In this document: piece by piece, positions 20,880-30,473 of the stretch
Numbering within the stretch: position 1 is the stretch's first letter
How the letters are laid out: each line of letters starts with the position of its first letter
Source: Bacteroidia bacterium
Lineage (GTDB): Bacteria; Bacteroidota; Bacteroidia; UKL13-3
Length of the DNA: 64,000 bases
Reading direction: 5' to 3'
NCBI GenBank assembly: GCA_044353855.1
Contig: JBILBF010000001.1
Coordinates: 422,071 to 486,070, forward strand
Made by a program: the position numbers and the translations under genes
The notes under the pieces: model-generated
What the model saw: the letters and a program-made list of their open reading frames with translations, nothing else
What the model was told of the DNA's origin: nothing
Databases searched by the model: none

Positions 20880-20913
20880 AAAAAAGGCCTAACTTATTCT
20901 TTAGGCCTTTTTT
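20880..20913. terminator. Bidirectional terminator
   Basis: aaaaaaggcctaa/ttaggcctttttt between convergent genes. Confidence 0.8.
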
Positions 20914-20923
20914 AATATTATTA

Positions 20924-21274
20924 TTACGCTTCTTGGTCGGGTTCTCCTTCTTCTCCTTCTTCTGGTACTATACCTTCCATCAAATTGCGTACTTCTTGTA
21001 ATTCTTCGCGGTTGTACTTGTTGTTATAATCCGCAAACAAATCCAACAGGTAATCCAAGTTGGCTTTACCATCATCATCTTGCAAATACAAAAACGTGTA
21101 ATCACCAGCATTTTCTTCGATATTCTCGTATGCCATTCGAATCATTCGAACATATCCCGGTTCGTTTAGATTTGTTTTTACGTATTCACGTAACTCTTTT
21201 AATTGTGCTACAACATTTGCACCTACACCTTCAGAAGCTAAAGTCTTCTTAATTTTATCAATATTTGCTTTCAT
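20924..21274 (-). CDS. Hypothetical acidic cytoplasmic protein
   Basis: 116-aa ORF with an upstream -7-like motif and a downstream terminator; no recognised motif. Confidence 0.65.
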   Translation of the reverse strand: MKANIDKIKKTLASEGVGANVVAQLKELREYVKTNLNEPGYVRMIRMAYENIEENAGDYTFLYLQDDDGKANLDYLLDLFADYNNKYNREELQEVRNLMEGIVPEEGEEGEPDQEA

Positions 21275-21554
21275 CTATTTTAAACTATTCGGGTGCGAAA
21301 CTACTGTTTTTGTCCATTAATGAAAATACATTTGTTTGAAAATTCTACAAACCATAATAGCCAGAGGATTCTATCCTTTTTTTATACCCGTGTAGTTGTT
21401 GTTATTGCCCAATACAAAAACCGTTGAACCGGACTAAACAGCTATTATTTAGACACAACTCAATAGTATTTATTTTTATACAGGTAGAAACCGTGGGTGC
21501 GTTTGTTGTGTATTTTTTTAAGAAGTGGTAAAATTAAATAGCTTTGTATAACAA

Positions 21555-21857
21555 ATGGACAAACCTGTAAAACCGATATTCAACAAACGCATTTTTTGGG
21601 ATGTAAATTTCGAAGGAATAGATTATGAAGCAAAAGCTAATTTTGTAATTGAGCGAGTATTTGAGCGAGGCGATGTGGAAGATATTAGAAATTGCAGGCG
21701 GTTTTATGGAGATGAAAAAGTTAGAGTAGCGTTATTAAACGCCAAATTTTTACCGCTTCACACCATTTATCTTGCTAGTGCCGTTTTAGATGAACCTTTA
21801 GAAGCATTCAGATGTTACAAACTCAGACAGTTGAACCCAACACTTTTTCCTTACTAA
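21555..21857 (+). CDS. Putative antitoxin (DUF6922-like) of the AbiEii pair
   Basis: IFWDV...FVIERVFERGD pattern; overlaps the downstream nucleotidyltransferase by 46 nt. Confidence 0.75.
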   Translation: MDKPVKPIFNKRIFWDVNFEGIDYEAKANFVIERVFERGDVEDIRNCRRFYGDEKVRVALLNAKFLPLHTIYLASAVLDEPLEAFRCYKLRQLNPTLFPY

Positions 21858-22438
21858 AGGAATTAATGGAAGTGCCTTCCTTAAAGCCATCGTTTTTGGT
21901 TGGAGGCACTGCTCTTTCATTAAAATATGGCCATCGAATTTCGATTGATTTGGATTTGTTTTATACGGAAGATTTAAACAAGGTTTCTATTATAGAAGAA
22001 CTTAGCAAAACGTTTAACGATAAGTTTGACTATAGGGGTAATCCCAACTCATTTGGAATTTTTTGCTCTATCAATGATGTAAAGGTAGACATCATAAAAT
22101 ATCCTCACACTTTAATTCACGATACACAAACAATTGATGGAATTCGAATGTATCATACCGATGATATTGTGGCGATGAAAATTAATGCAATACTTGGCCG
22201 AGGAAAGAAAAAAGACTTTTGGGATATAGCTGAATTGTTAAATCATTATTCGGTGAAAAAAATGATAGAATTACACAAGCAAAAATATCCTAGTCAAATG
22301 TTGCTTATTTCCACACCACAAGCATTAACTTATTTTGATGATGCCAACGAAAGTGAAGACCCCATTAGTTTAAAGGGACAAACTTGGGAGGAAGTAAAAA
22401 GAATAATTAGTAAGGCAGTAAGAGAGTATTTGACATAA
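21812..22438 (+). CDS. AbiEii/AbiGii-family nucleotidyltransferase toxin (type IV TA)
   Basis: LVGGTALSL..GHRISIDLDLF, AMK..AILGR, KDFWD motifs. Confidence 0.88.
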   Translation: MLQTQTVEPNTFSLLKELMEVPSLKPSFLVGGTALSLKYGHRISIDLDLFYTEDLNKVSIIEELSKTFNDKFDYRGNPNSFGIFCSINDVKVDIIKYPHTLIHDTQTIDGIRMYHTDDIVAMKINAILGRGKKKDFWDIAELLNHYSVKKMIELHKQKYPSQMLLISTPQALTYFDDANESEDPISLKGQTWEEVKRIISKAVREYLT

Positions 22439-22477
22439 CTACTTCTCCCATCTCTTCGTCATTCTTAAAGTGTATTG
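22435..22477 (-). repeat. Orphan diverged copy of the 3' end of the FMN-reductase gene (direct repeat of 25509-25551)
   Basis: 38/43 nt identical; reads QYTLRMTKRWEK* on the minus strand versus QYTLRMTKRWGK* in the intact gene. Confidence 0.9.
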
Positions 22478-22498
22478 GCAGCTAGTTTACTTTCTTAT

Positions 22499-22906
22499 TT
22501 AATTCTGTTTTCCCCGGGTTTGTTTACATATCGTATTTTCAGAATAGCGAACAAGTTTAGAATTCTTTAATAATTCTCTTATGTCTAAAATAAATTTAGC
22601 CTGCTCATCTGAATTTAATTGAGTCAGCTTTAAACAATAATCTGTCTCTCCTTCACGTCCCCATTTAGTTGTTTCTATAGGAATTTGAATGTTTCTTTTT
22701 GTTTCAAAGTCTTTAATAAAGTCTAAAAATTGCCGTCTTGCTATTCCATCTGTCCCTGAACCTATACTGATAAATGAAACATTAAACCGGTAAATGGTTT
22801 CTGATGTATGCTCATTGTTTTGATTATTCTCAGTTTGTTTAGTGGTCTTTGTTCCTTTGCATGAAAAAAAAACACCTAATAAAATCGCTATAAATAATTT
22901 ATTCAT
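22499..22906 (-). CDS. Hypothetical lipoprotein
   Basis: Start at ATG 22906 (MNKLF...FFSC lipobox); motifs FISIGSGTD, WGREGETDYC. Confidence 0.7.
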   Translation of the reverse strand: MNKLFIAILLGVFFSCKGTKTTKQTENNQNNEHTSETIYRFNVSFISIGSGTDGIARRQFLDFIKDFETKRNIQIPIETTKWGREGETDYCLKLTQLNSDEQAKFILDIRELLKNSKLVRYSENTICKQTRGKQN

Positions 22907-22918
22907 GATTTTAATTTT

Positions 22919-22951
22919 AAAAAAGAAGTAGGGCACAGCCCTGCTTCTTTT
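22919..22951 (-). terminator. Terminator hairpin after the M43 gene
   Basis: aaaaagaagtagggc/gccctgcttcttttt. Confidence 0.7.
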
Positions 22952-22956
22952 TGTTA

Positions 22957-24237
22957 TTATTTAGTAATAAATACCTTTTTGATTGTTGATGTTGTTGGAG
23001 TATTTACTCTTAAATAGTAAGCGCCAGTTGAAACATCGTTTATATCAAAAGTTGTAGTCTCTTTTGTAATTATACCAAAATCTTTAACAGTTGCTCCAAC
23101 CATGTTAATTAGTGATGCATTAACTATATTGATAGAATTAAGGTTGATTGACAAAGTAAACTGTCCATTATTAGGATTTGGATAAACATTAATTGAATTT
23201 AAAGATGTTACTTCGTTTAAAGCTGTTGGTAAGTTACACCCAATTGAAGTAAGCAAGCCATTACGAGGACCATTCAGAGCAGCCTGCATTCTGTCTGCTT
23301 GTCCACCTGTAAACATATGCATACAGTTATCGTCAACATAGTCCATGTAATTCATATACATTTCACCATCAGCACCTGAACCGCACTGATTATTTGGTCT
23401 ATGAGGAAATGAAGGGCAACCATAATTTGCGTCCTCAGCTGGCTCGGTATCTTCTACGAAATCATCACCACAGGCCGTGTCAGCCCAAATATGTCTTAGG
23501 TTAAGCCAATGACCTACTTCATGAGTACCCGTTCTGCCCCCATCATTTAAAGAAAAATCTCCAGTTCCAGCGGTTCCTTCTGTTCCAAATGCTTCATATC
23601 GAATTACAACTCCGTCTAAATCAGGATCGGTGCTAAGCTCTTCAGGGAAGGTGGCAAAGCCTAAAGTTGACCCTTCAAGATTTACTACATATATATTTAA
23701 ATACTTTGTTGGATCTCAATTGTCCCGTCCTCCATTTAAAGTTGATTTAATATTATCAGAATTATTATCATCCCAATTAACTACACTTGTTTCTGTTCTT
23801 GTAATTCCAGTTGTAGGATTTCCGTTAGGGTCTTGTTGTGCGATACAAAATTCAATCTCTGCATCAATCGTAAATGGCCAAAATGGATGTTGGTCGTCTA
23901 AACTATCCTCATTCATTAATCTAAAGTCTTCATTTAACACGTCAATTTGTGATAGTATTTGTTCGTCACTTATGTTTTCAATTGGGTCATTCCAAATTAC
24001 GTGCACAACCGTGGGTATCACAATTACCCCCTCGCTTGCTTTTTTGCTGCGAGAATTATTTGAAATCCAGTTTCGAGTTGCTTTTTCGCTTTCAACCATT
24101 CTTTGTTTTAAAGTAGGGTTTTTAGCGAGACTTTTTTGGAGATGTTGCATTGTTAAACACTTATTAGATTGTGCATTAACATTAAAGGAAAAAAGTACAA
24201 CAATAACCATTATTCCGTTTTGTAATTTTGGTCTCAT
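22957..24237 (-). pseudogene. M43 (pappalysin/ulilysin-type) zinc metalloprotease with T9SS C-terminal domain, interrupted by one in-frame TGA
   Basis: One frame: signal peptide, IPTVVHV, GRDN*DPTKYLNIYVV (TGA at 23716-23718), THEVGHWLNLRHIW zinc motif, MYMNYMDY Met-turn, VYPNP...KKVFITK sorting domain. Confidence 0.9.
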
Positions 24238-24521
24238 AGCTTTAATTTTTTTAAGGGGTTCTTAATTTTATGTTTTTTTTCGATAGTCCTGATTAAACTA
24301 TAGCAATTAACAATATATCAAATTTAATACTTTTCGGTTTGCAGTAATGTTTTATAAAATATCGTTTTTCTTGCCTTTTTTGTTGCTTGTTATACAATAA
24401 TGAAAAAATCTTAGCCCTAATAAATTAATGATTATAATAAGTTATTCGTTTGTAGGTTTTAATATCGCAATTGATAGGAAAGATTTAATTTGTTTGAAAA
24501 AGCAGAGGTGTATTTGAAATT

Positions 24522-24551
24522 AAAAAAAGCACCAAAAGAGGTGCTTTTTTT
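24522..24551 (-). terminator. Intrinsic terminator after the lipoprotein gene
   Basis: aaaaaaagcacc/ggtgcttttttt. Confidence 0.75.
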
Positions 24552-24573
24552 AATGTTGTTAATCCTTAGTAAA

Positions 24574-25032
24574 TTATTGTATCAATTCCAACGCTAAACA
24601 AGTATTTGCAGTAAACGTTACATTACCAGAATAAATAACATCGTTATCTTGATCTATAACTTTAAATGTTGAAGCTTTAGTTTTGGTTTTCCCTAAATCT
24701 TTTTTTACAGTAACAGCAGCTGAATTTCCACAATCTGGACTACCCCCTTTAAAAAAAATACTTGCTGCAGAAGACCCAACAATTGCTCCATCTATATAAT
24801 AAGTTAGAGCTGTTGAGCCACCATCAATTAGTGCTTGTGCATTCGCTTCACTTTGCCAAAAGACTATGCTTCCCTCATAAGCACACGAAGCATCATCTTC
24901 CTCTGCTGCTGCATTATAATTTTTACTGTCTTTGTCCATACAGCCTTTTACTTTTTCTTTTTTGCAGCTTGAAATGGTGAATAGCATTGTTACTGCACTT
25001 AGCAATAAAATAGTTTGTTTTAGGTTTTTCAT
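24574..25032 (-). CDS. Hypothetical lipoprotein with a GCxD...NY...DD.SC motif
   Basis: Lipobox ISSC + KKEK; GCMDKDSKNYNAAAEEDDASC. Confidence 0.75.
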   Translation of the reverse strand: MKNLKQTILLLSAVTMLFTISSCKKEKVKGCMDKDSKNYNAAAEEDDASCAYEGSIVFWQSEANAQALIDGGSTALTYYIDGAIVGSSAASIFFKGGSPDCGNSAAVTVKKDLGKTKTKASTFKVIDQDNDVIYSGNVTFTANTCLALELIQ

Positions 25033-25155
25033 TATTGGTTATAGTTTGTCTTGCAATTGTAAAACAAATTGTTTGATTATCAAATTAATAATTATGCTAT
25101 TAAAACTATTATCTTAATTAGCTGAATGTAAGTATATTATTTACAACCTTGCGCC

Positions 25156-25512
25156 ATGCATTTAGGCTTACGTATAAAAATTGCTCGCATTAGTAAGGGA
25201 ATTACTCAAGAGCAACTTGCTGAACAGATTAACAAAACAAGACCATTGATTAGCAGCATTGAGCAAACAGGTAAAGCCAACTATTATACCCTAAAAAGAA
25301 TATGTGAAGTTTTAACTTTAGATATTGAAGAAATAAATAATGAGCAAAACGAATCTGATTTCGGTTTAAGCAAAAACAGAAAACAGACCGAACAATTAAA
25401 ACAGTTTGAAAAAGAGATTCATCAATTGCAAATGCTTACTAAATCTCAGGCAGATTTAATTTTAGCACTTAAAGAAAAAATCGAATTATTGGAAAAGGGT
25501 AAAAAGAAATAA
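25156..25512 (+). CDS. XRE-family helix-turn-helix regulator with a C-terminal coiled coil
   Basis: IKIARISKGITQEQLAEQINKTRPLISSIEQ. Confidence 0.85.
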   Translation: MHLGLRIKIARISKGITQEQLAEQINKTRPLISSIEQTGKANYYTLKRICEVLTLDIEEINNEQNESDFGLSKNRKQTEQLKQFEKEIHQLQMLTKSQADLILALKEKIELLEKGKKK

Positions 25513-26088
25513 CTACTTACCCCAACGCTTCGTCATTCTTAAAGTATATTGAATAAAATCATCCAACCCTGCATCGTAAGCATTGTTTCCAAGCGAGTTT
25601 CCATTTTCATCTAATACATCTTTCGTGTAATGCGATTCAAATATTTTTGCCGAAACAAACGAATCTAAATCGGTAAAACTGATAATTTTATTGAGGATAG
25701 AATGCAAATGAAGTGCCGGTGCTTTACCTCCTTTTCCGGTAGAAACACCAACGGTTGCAAATACTTTTTCATTAAATAAATGCATAAACCTTTTTTCGCC
25801 CATTCGGTGTAAAAAATTCAATATTTCGGGGGTAGTGCTCCAATTATATTCGGGTGTGATAAGTATAATTGCGTTGGCTGTTAGCATAGCATTAGCCAAC
25901 TCTTTTTGGAAGGATGTGAACGAAGATTCTTCTATGTTACCTTGGTTAATTAGGGGGATATCATATTGTTGAAAATCAACCAAAGAAACTTGATGTGCTA
26001 AGTTTTGCAAACGCAATGTAAGCGCTTTACCAACGCGTATAGTATTATTATTTGCCCTTGCCGAGCCTGAAAGGATTGCGATATTCAT
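25513..26088 (-). CDS. NADPH-dependent FMN reductase family protein
   Basis: ILSGSAR, ITPEYNWS, VSTGKGG. Confidence 0.88.
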   Translation of the reverse strand: MNIAILSGSARANNNTIRVGKALTLRLQNLAHQVSLVDFQQYDIPLINQGNIEESSFTSFQKELANAMLTANAIILITPEYNWSTTPEILNFLHRMGEKRFMHLFNEKVFATVGVSTGKGGKAPALHLHSILNKIISFTDLDSFVSAKIFESHYTKDVLDENGNSLGNNAYDAGLDDFIQYTLRMTKRWGK

Positions 26089-26165
26089 GGTTTATGGTTT
26101 TATAGTTTGCCGTTGGTATTATTGCTAACGATTAAACCTTAATGGCAAACCGCAAACATTTAACC

Positions 26166-27062
26166 TCAATTATATTTAGCAACAAACCGATACAAATTAA
26201 AGTTTTGCTCTTGTTTGGCTTTTGTAATTTCTTCAACTAATGTATCAAAGTTGATATCTTTTGTTCGTTTGGTTTTAATTAGAGTCAATGCTTTTTCGGC
26301 AAGCAATATATTTTTGGTTGGCGATGTATAATTGCTGTGATGGTGTTTTTCAATTGCAGCCATTAAATCATCCAATCCGCTATTTTTGGAGGCAATGGTT
26401 TTAACTACGGGTGCTTCCCATTGAGTTGTTGCATGAGCATGTGACAATGCTGAAAGATTTTTATAAAACGTTGCAGCCCCATCCCTATCTGCTTTGTTTA
26501 AAACATAAATATCTGCAATTTCCATTATTCCACTTTTAATGGTTTGTATTTCATCACCCGCTTCGGGAACCAACACCAAAACGGTTGTATCGGCTAGTGC
26601 AGCAATTTCCACTTCGCTTTGCCCAACACCCACTGTTTCTATAATAATATAATCAAACCAAGCGGCACGTAACATATCCGTTACTTCTATAATTTTTGGC
26701 GAAAGCCCACCCAAACTCCCCCTGCTTGCCATGCTTCTGATAAATACATTGGGATGCAAAAAATGTTCGCTCATGCGAACCCTATCGCCCATTAACGCCC
26801 CTTTGTTAAATGGCGAACTTGGATCGATAGCAACAATGGCAACACTTTTATTTGCCTCAACAATATATTGGGTAAGAGCACTAATTAAGGTGCTTTTACC
26901 AGCACCCGGAGGGCCGGTAATACCAATAACCTGAACCGGATGTATAATCAACTCTTGTAATAAGTGTTCATAGCCTTCGGCCTCGTTTTCTACCATCGTT
27001 ATAGCCCTAGCCAACGCTCGTTTGTCTTTTTGGGGTAGCTTATTAATGATTGATTGGCTCAA
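26166..27062 (-). CDS. meaB: MeaB/ArgK methylmalonyl-CoA mutase-associated GTPase
   Basis: GITGPPGAGKST, DPSSP..GALMGDRVRM, ETVGVGQSE, NKAD. Confidence 0.93.
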   Translation of the reverse strand: MSQSIINKLPQKDKRALARAITMVENEAEGYEHLLQELIIHPVQVIGITGPPGAGKSTLISALTQYIVEANKSVAIVAIDPSSPFNKGALMGDRVRMSEHFLHPNVFIRSMASRGSLGGLSPKIIEVTDMLRAAWFDYIIIETVGVGQSEVEIAALADTTVLVLVPEAGDEIQTIKSGIMEIADIYVLNKADRDGAATFYKNLSALSHAHATTQWEAPVVKTIASKNSGLDDLMAAIEKHHHSNYTSPTKNILLAEKALTLIKTKRTKDINFDTLVEEITKAKQEQNFNLYRFVAKYN

Positions 27063-27258
27063 GGTAATGCTCGTATTATAGGTGCAAGTTTACACTATTT
27101 TTAAAAATGTGTGGGTACGTAATACTATTTTGATTTACAAAATAGGCCAATACGTTTGACCTAAATCATAAAGGGCATATGTTGCCACAACATAAATTGG
27201 ACTAACAGTTTTATGTAAGCAGTACTATTTACTATAAACAACCGCTAAAAAACCCAAA

Positions 27259-28365
27259 CTAGTATTTCCTTTTTTTCCATTGTATTGAAATAGGTAATAC
27301 ATAAAATAGTTGTGTAGAAAGAGCAATACAATTTGCATACACATCATACAACAACGCTAGAAACACGTTTTGCCTAATGCCCAGTTTATGTTGAAGGTAA
27401 AGCACAAACAAGGTTTGAACAACCATTTTGATACTGTATAATTTTAATGCTAAAATAGGATTGTAAAACGCCAATACAATTATGGCAGGTAACAGCAACC
27501 CTAATACAGCAAACAGTCCCCACCAATACAAAGGCAACTCTCTGGCGCCCATTAGCCAACGTTTGCGCTGATGCATTAATTGTAAAAAACCAGTTACCGG
27601 CTGAGAAATATTTAAGCTGTTTTGTGTTAATATGTTTATCGTGTTCCAGCCTTTTCTGCGAACCTCTTTGTATAATTTATAATCTTCGGTAATGGAAAAA
27701 TCAAGCTCTTCATAACCACCCACGCTTTGATAAGCTTCTTTTTTGATAGCCATATTGTTTCCTACAGCCGTGCAATGCAATCCTACTTTATCAAACCCTT
27801 TAAGTATGCCCATAAAATAAAGCCAATCAATTCCTTGGAGCCTTGCCCAAAAAGCAGACCCGTGTACCAATGTAGTGCCAGAAACAATGCCCATTTTGGG
27901 TTCGGTAAAATGTGCAATTAATTCTTTTGCCCATTGGCTATTCACTATTATATCAGCATCGGTTGTCAAAAAATAATCGCCTTTGGCTTTGATTGCAAGG
28001 TGTGCTAAAACATTTGCCTTTCCTTTTGCCTTACCTAAATTTTCAGTAATATCAACCACTTTGATATTGCTTTTGTGTTTGGCAAAAGCAGCAACTACTT
28101 CTTTTGTGCTGTCTTCTGATGCATCGTTTCCTACCCATATTTCTATATTACTTGCTGGATAGTCTAATTCGCATAACGACTGTAAACAATGAACGATATT
28201 TTGTTCTTCGTTTCGTGCTGCTACCAAAATGGAAATAAAGGGTAAGTTGATATCTTCTGTTTCAACGCAATGATTATCCTTGCCCGCAGCTACACAAAAA
28301 AACACCCCAGCCAAAATGGTTATAAAGGCAAAAACAATACTGATACAAATGATGGGTATTAACAT
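27259..28365 (-). CDS. GT2 family glycosyltransferase, membrane-bound
   Basis: AARNEE, DASED, TDAD, TED, QRKRW motifs; TM segments at both ends. Confidence 0.9.
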   Translation of the reverse strand: MLIPIICISIVFAFITILAGVFFCVAAGKDNHCVETEDINLPFISILVAARNEEQNIVHCLQSLCELDYPASNIEIWVGNDASEDSTKEVVAAFAKHKSNIKVVDITENLGKAKGKANVLAHLAIKAKGDYFLTTDADIIVNSQWAKELIAHFTEPKMGIVSGTTLVHGSAFWARLQGIDWLYFMGILKGFDKVGLHCTAVGNNMAIKKEAYQSVGGYEELDFSITEDYKLYKEVRRKGWNTINILTQNSLNISQPVTGFLQLMHQRKRWLMGARELPLYWWGLFAVLGLLLPAIIVLAFYNPILALKLYSIKMVVQTLFVLYLQHKLGIRQNVFLALLYDVYANCIALSTQLFYVLPISIQWKKRKY

Positions 28366-28980
28366 TTAACTAAGTGCTTTAAATTGAAAACCTTTTTGTG
28401 ATAACCGGTGCAAAACTTCAGGTAATATTTTTTTGAGTTGCGCCTCTGCCTTGGCACTATCATGAAATACAATTATAGAACCTGCTTTGGTTGCCTGTAT
28501 AGTTGCAGCAATTGCTTTTGCTACATCCACATTTTTATCATAATCGCAGGTTAAAATATTCCACATTACTATGTTGTATCCTTTTGCTTTCAATTTAGGT
28601 ATTTGCCATGGTACAATTCGGCCATAAGGAGGGCGAAACAAATTACTTTTTACCACTTTAGCACAAGCATCAATATTGTTAAAATAATCCTTTTGTGAAT
28701 GACGCCAACCGCTTAAATGATTGTATGTGTGATTGCCAACGGTATGCCCCAATGCTAAAACTTGTTGGTATGTATCTGGGTGTTTTTCTATATTGTGTCC
28801 AATACAAAAAAAGGTAGCTTTGGCATTATATTTTCTTAATTCTTGCAGTACCCAAGGTGTAATTTCAGGATGAGGGCCATCATCAAAGGTTAAAAACACA
28901 TCATTCTCTGTTGTTTTTACCTTCCACGTAAGAGAGTGAAGGATTAATGGAAGAATTGATGGTATTGTGTGTTTAAACAT
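28366..28980 (-). CDS. Polysaccharide deacetylase (CE4/NodB)
   Basis: LTFDDGP, NHTYNH, FRPPYG, IVFHD. Confidence 0.93.
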   Translation of the reverse strand: MFKHTIPSILPLILHSLTWKVKTTENDVFLTFDDGPHPEITPWVLQELRKYNAKATFFCIGHNIEKHPDTYQQVLALGHTVGNHTYNHLSGWRHSQKDYFNNIDACAKVVKSNLFRPPYGRIVPWQIPKLKAKGYNIVMWNILTCDYDKNVDVAKAIAATIQATKAGSIIVFHDSAKAEAQLKKILPEVLHRLSQKGFQFKALS

Positions 28981-29013
28981 TATTTTTGAAGCGCTACTAA
29001 GACATATAGATGC

Positions 29014-30456
29014 ATGAAATTGTCGTTAACCAACACCAACCTTAAGCTCTCTTTTTTGTTATTATTGATTTCAACAACTCAAATAGTTGTTGCGCAAAAG
29101 TATTACACTTTGGAAGAATGTGTGAATCTTGCCTTCAAAAATAATATTACAGTTAAACAAAAGGAATTAAACAAACAAACAGCAGAAGCAGATAGATTAC
29201 AAAGTAAATTAAATATGCTGCCAAACCTCAATGGTCAATTAACCCATAACTATAATGTTGGTTTTGCTATTAACCCTGTAACCAATACAGCTCAACGAGA
29301 CGTAACTTTTCGGAATAACAATTTTGGTGTAAATAGTTCTTTAACATTGTTTAATGGATTTCAAAAGGTAAATACAATTCGACAACAAGAGTCAACGCTC
29401 AAGGCCAATACGTTTGATGTAGAATCAACTAAAAACAATATTGCCCTTTCGGTATCAAACGCTTACATGCAAGTTTTAATGAATGGAGAAATTGCAGAAA
29501 GCAGAAGGCTTCAAATGGAGTCCACAACTGAGCAATTGAAACGACAAGAAAAGTTATTTGAATTAGGCGGAACCAGCAAAGTAAAATTATTGCAGCTCAA
29601 GGCACAGTATGCTAATGAAGAATCGCAATGGATTACTGCTCAAACACAGTTGGAGCAATCTTATTTAACGCTATGGCAATTGTTAAATATGGCTCCCGAT
29701 ATGAACAATCAAATTGAGAAGCCAGATAGCAGTTCAACTTATTTATTAAAGGATGATGCACCCAATGCCGATAAAATTTACACGGATTTTATTTCTAAAA
29801 GCCCAGATATATTGGCCGCAAAACAACGGGCTAAAACGGCCGAGATTTCACACAGCGTAGTTGCTGGAGGCAGAAGCCCAAGTATTACATTGAGTGCAGG
29901 AGTTAATTCTTTTTATACTACCCAAAACCAACAAGGAGTTGGAGCCCCTATATTAACGCCAATTCAAATTGGAACAGATATTTCAGGCAGCCCCGTTTTT
30001 TCTACAGTTCCTCGGTATTCAAGCACAGAAGTTGTTCCCTTTAGTAATCAATTCGATAAAAATTTAGGTAAAAATTTGGGTTTTACGGTTAGTGTACCCA
30101 TATTAAATGGTTGGCAAGTAAATACCAATATCCAAAAAGCGCGAATTAACCAAACCAGCAGTGAACTTAACCAAAAACAAGTTCAATTAGATGTGTATAA
30201 AAATGTTAACCAGGCCTACCTCGACTATAAATCGGCATTGAAAAAATTTGCAGCCAATCAAAATAATTATGAGGCAAACAAAGAGGCGTTTTTATTGGCC
30301 GAAACACAATTTAATATTGGTGCTTTAAGTACCTCCGATTTTATTTTAACCAAAACACAATTTTTACAAGCCGAAACCAATTTGGTTCAATCAAAGTATG
30401 AACTATTATTTAGACGTAAGGTACTTGATTTTTATTTAGGAAGACCAATTTATTAA
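29014..30456 (+). CDS. TolC-family outer membrane efflux protein
   Basis: Signal peptide, two OEP repeats (YTLEECVNLA, SLTLFNGF, SVPILNG). Confidence 0.88.
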   Translation: MKLSLTNTNLKLSFLLLLISTTQIVVAQKYYTLEECVNLAFKNNITVKQKELNKQTAEADRLQSKLNMLPNLNGQLTHNYNVGFAINPVTNTAQRDVTFRNNNFGVNSSLTLFNGFQKVNTIRQQESTLKANTFDVESTKNNIALSVSNAYMQVLMNGEIAESRRLQMESTTEQLKRQEKLFELGGTSKVKLLQLKAQYANEESQWITAQTQLEQSYLTLWQLLNMAPDMNNQIEKPDSSSTYLLKDDAPNADKIYTDFISKSPDILAAKQRAKTAEISHSVVAGGRSPSITLSAGVNSFYTTQNQQGVGAPILTPIQIGTDISGSPVFSTVPRYSSTEVVPFSNQFDKNLGKNLGFTVSVPILNGWQVNTNIQKARINQTSSELNQKQVQLDVYKNVNQAYLDYKSALKKFAANQNNYEANKEAFLLAETQFNIGALSTSDFILTKTQFLQAETNLVQSKYELLFRRKVLDFYLGRPIY

Positions 30457-30473
30457 TAATACAGTTGAACACA

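Noticed and set aside
21340-21500. Fragments resembling a degenerate palindromic repeat (atagccagaggattc, aaccgttgaacc, gaaaccgtggg) upstream of the TA pair
   Set aside because: Too decayed to define arms or a family, and no second copy in the window.
23716-23718. TGA as evidence of an alternative genetic code or selenocysteine
   Set aside because: TGA terminates other genes in the window, TGG is used for Trp throughout, and the position corresponds to Trp rather than Cys.
23630-24265. 211-aa plus-strand ORF
   Set aside because: Antisense shadow of the M43 protease gene; Ser/Leu/Ile-rich with no motifs.
26089-26165. Loose inverted/short repeats between the FMN reductase and meaB genes (gtttgccgtt...aatggcaaac)
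   Set aside because: Imperfect and short; could be an ordinary hairpin, no function can be supported.
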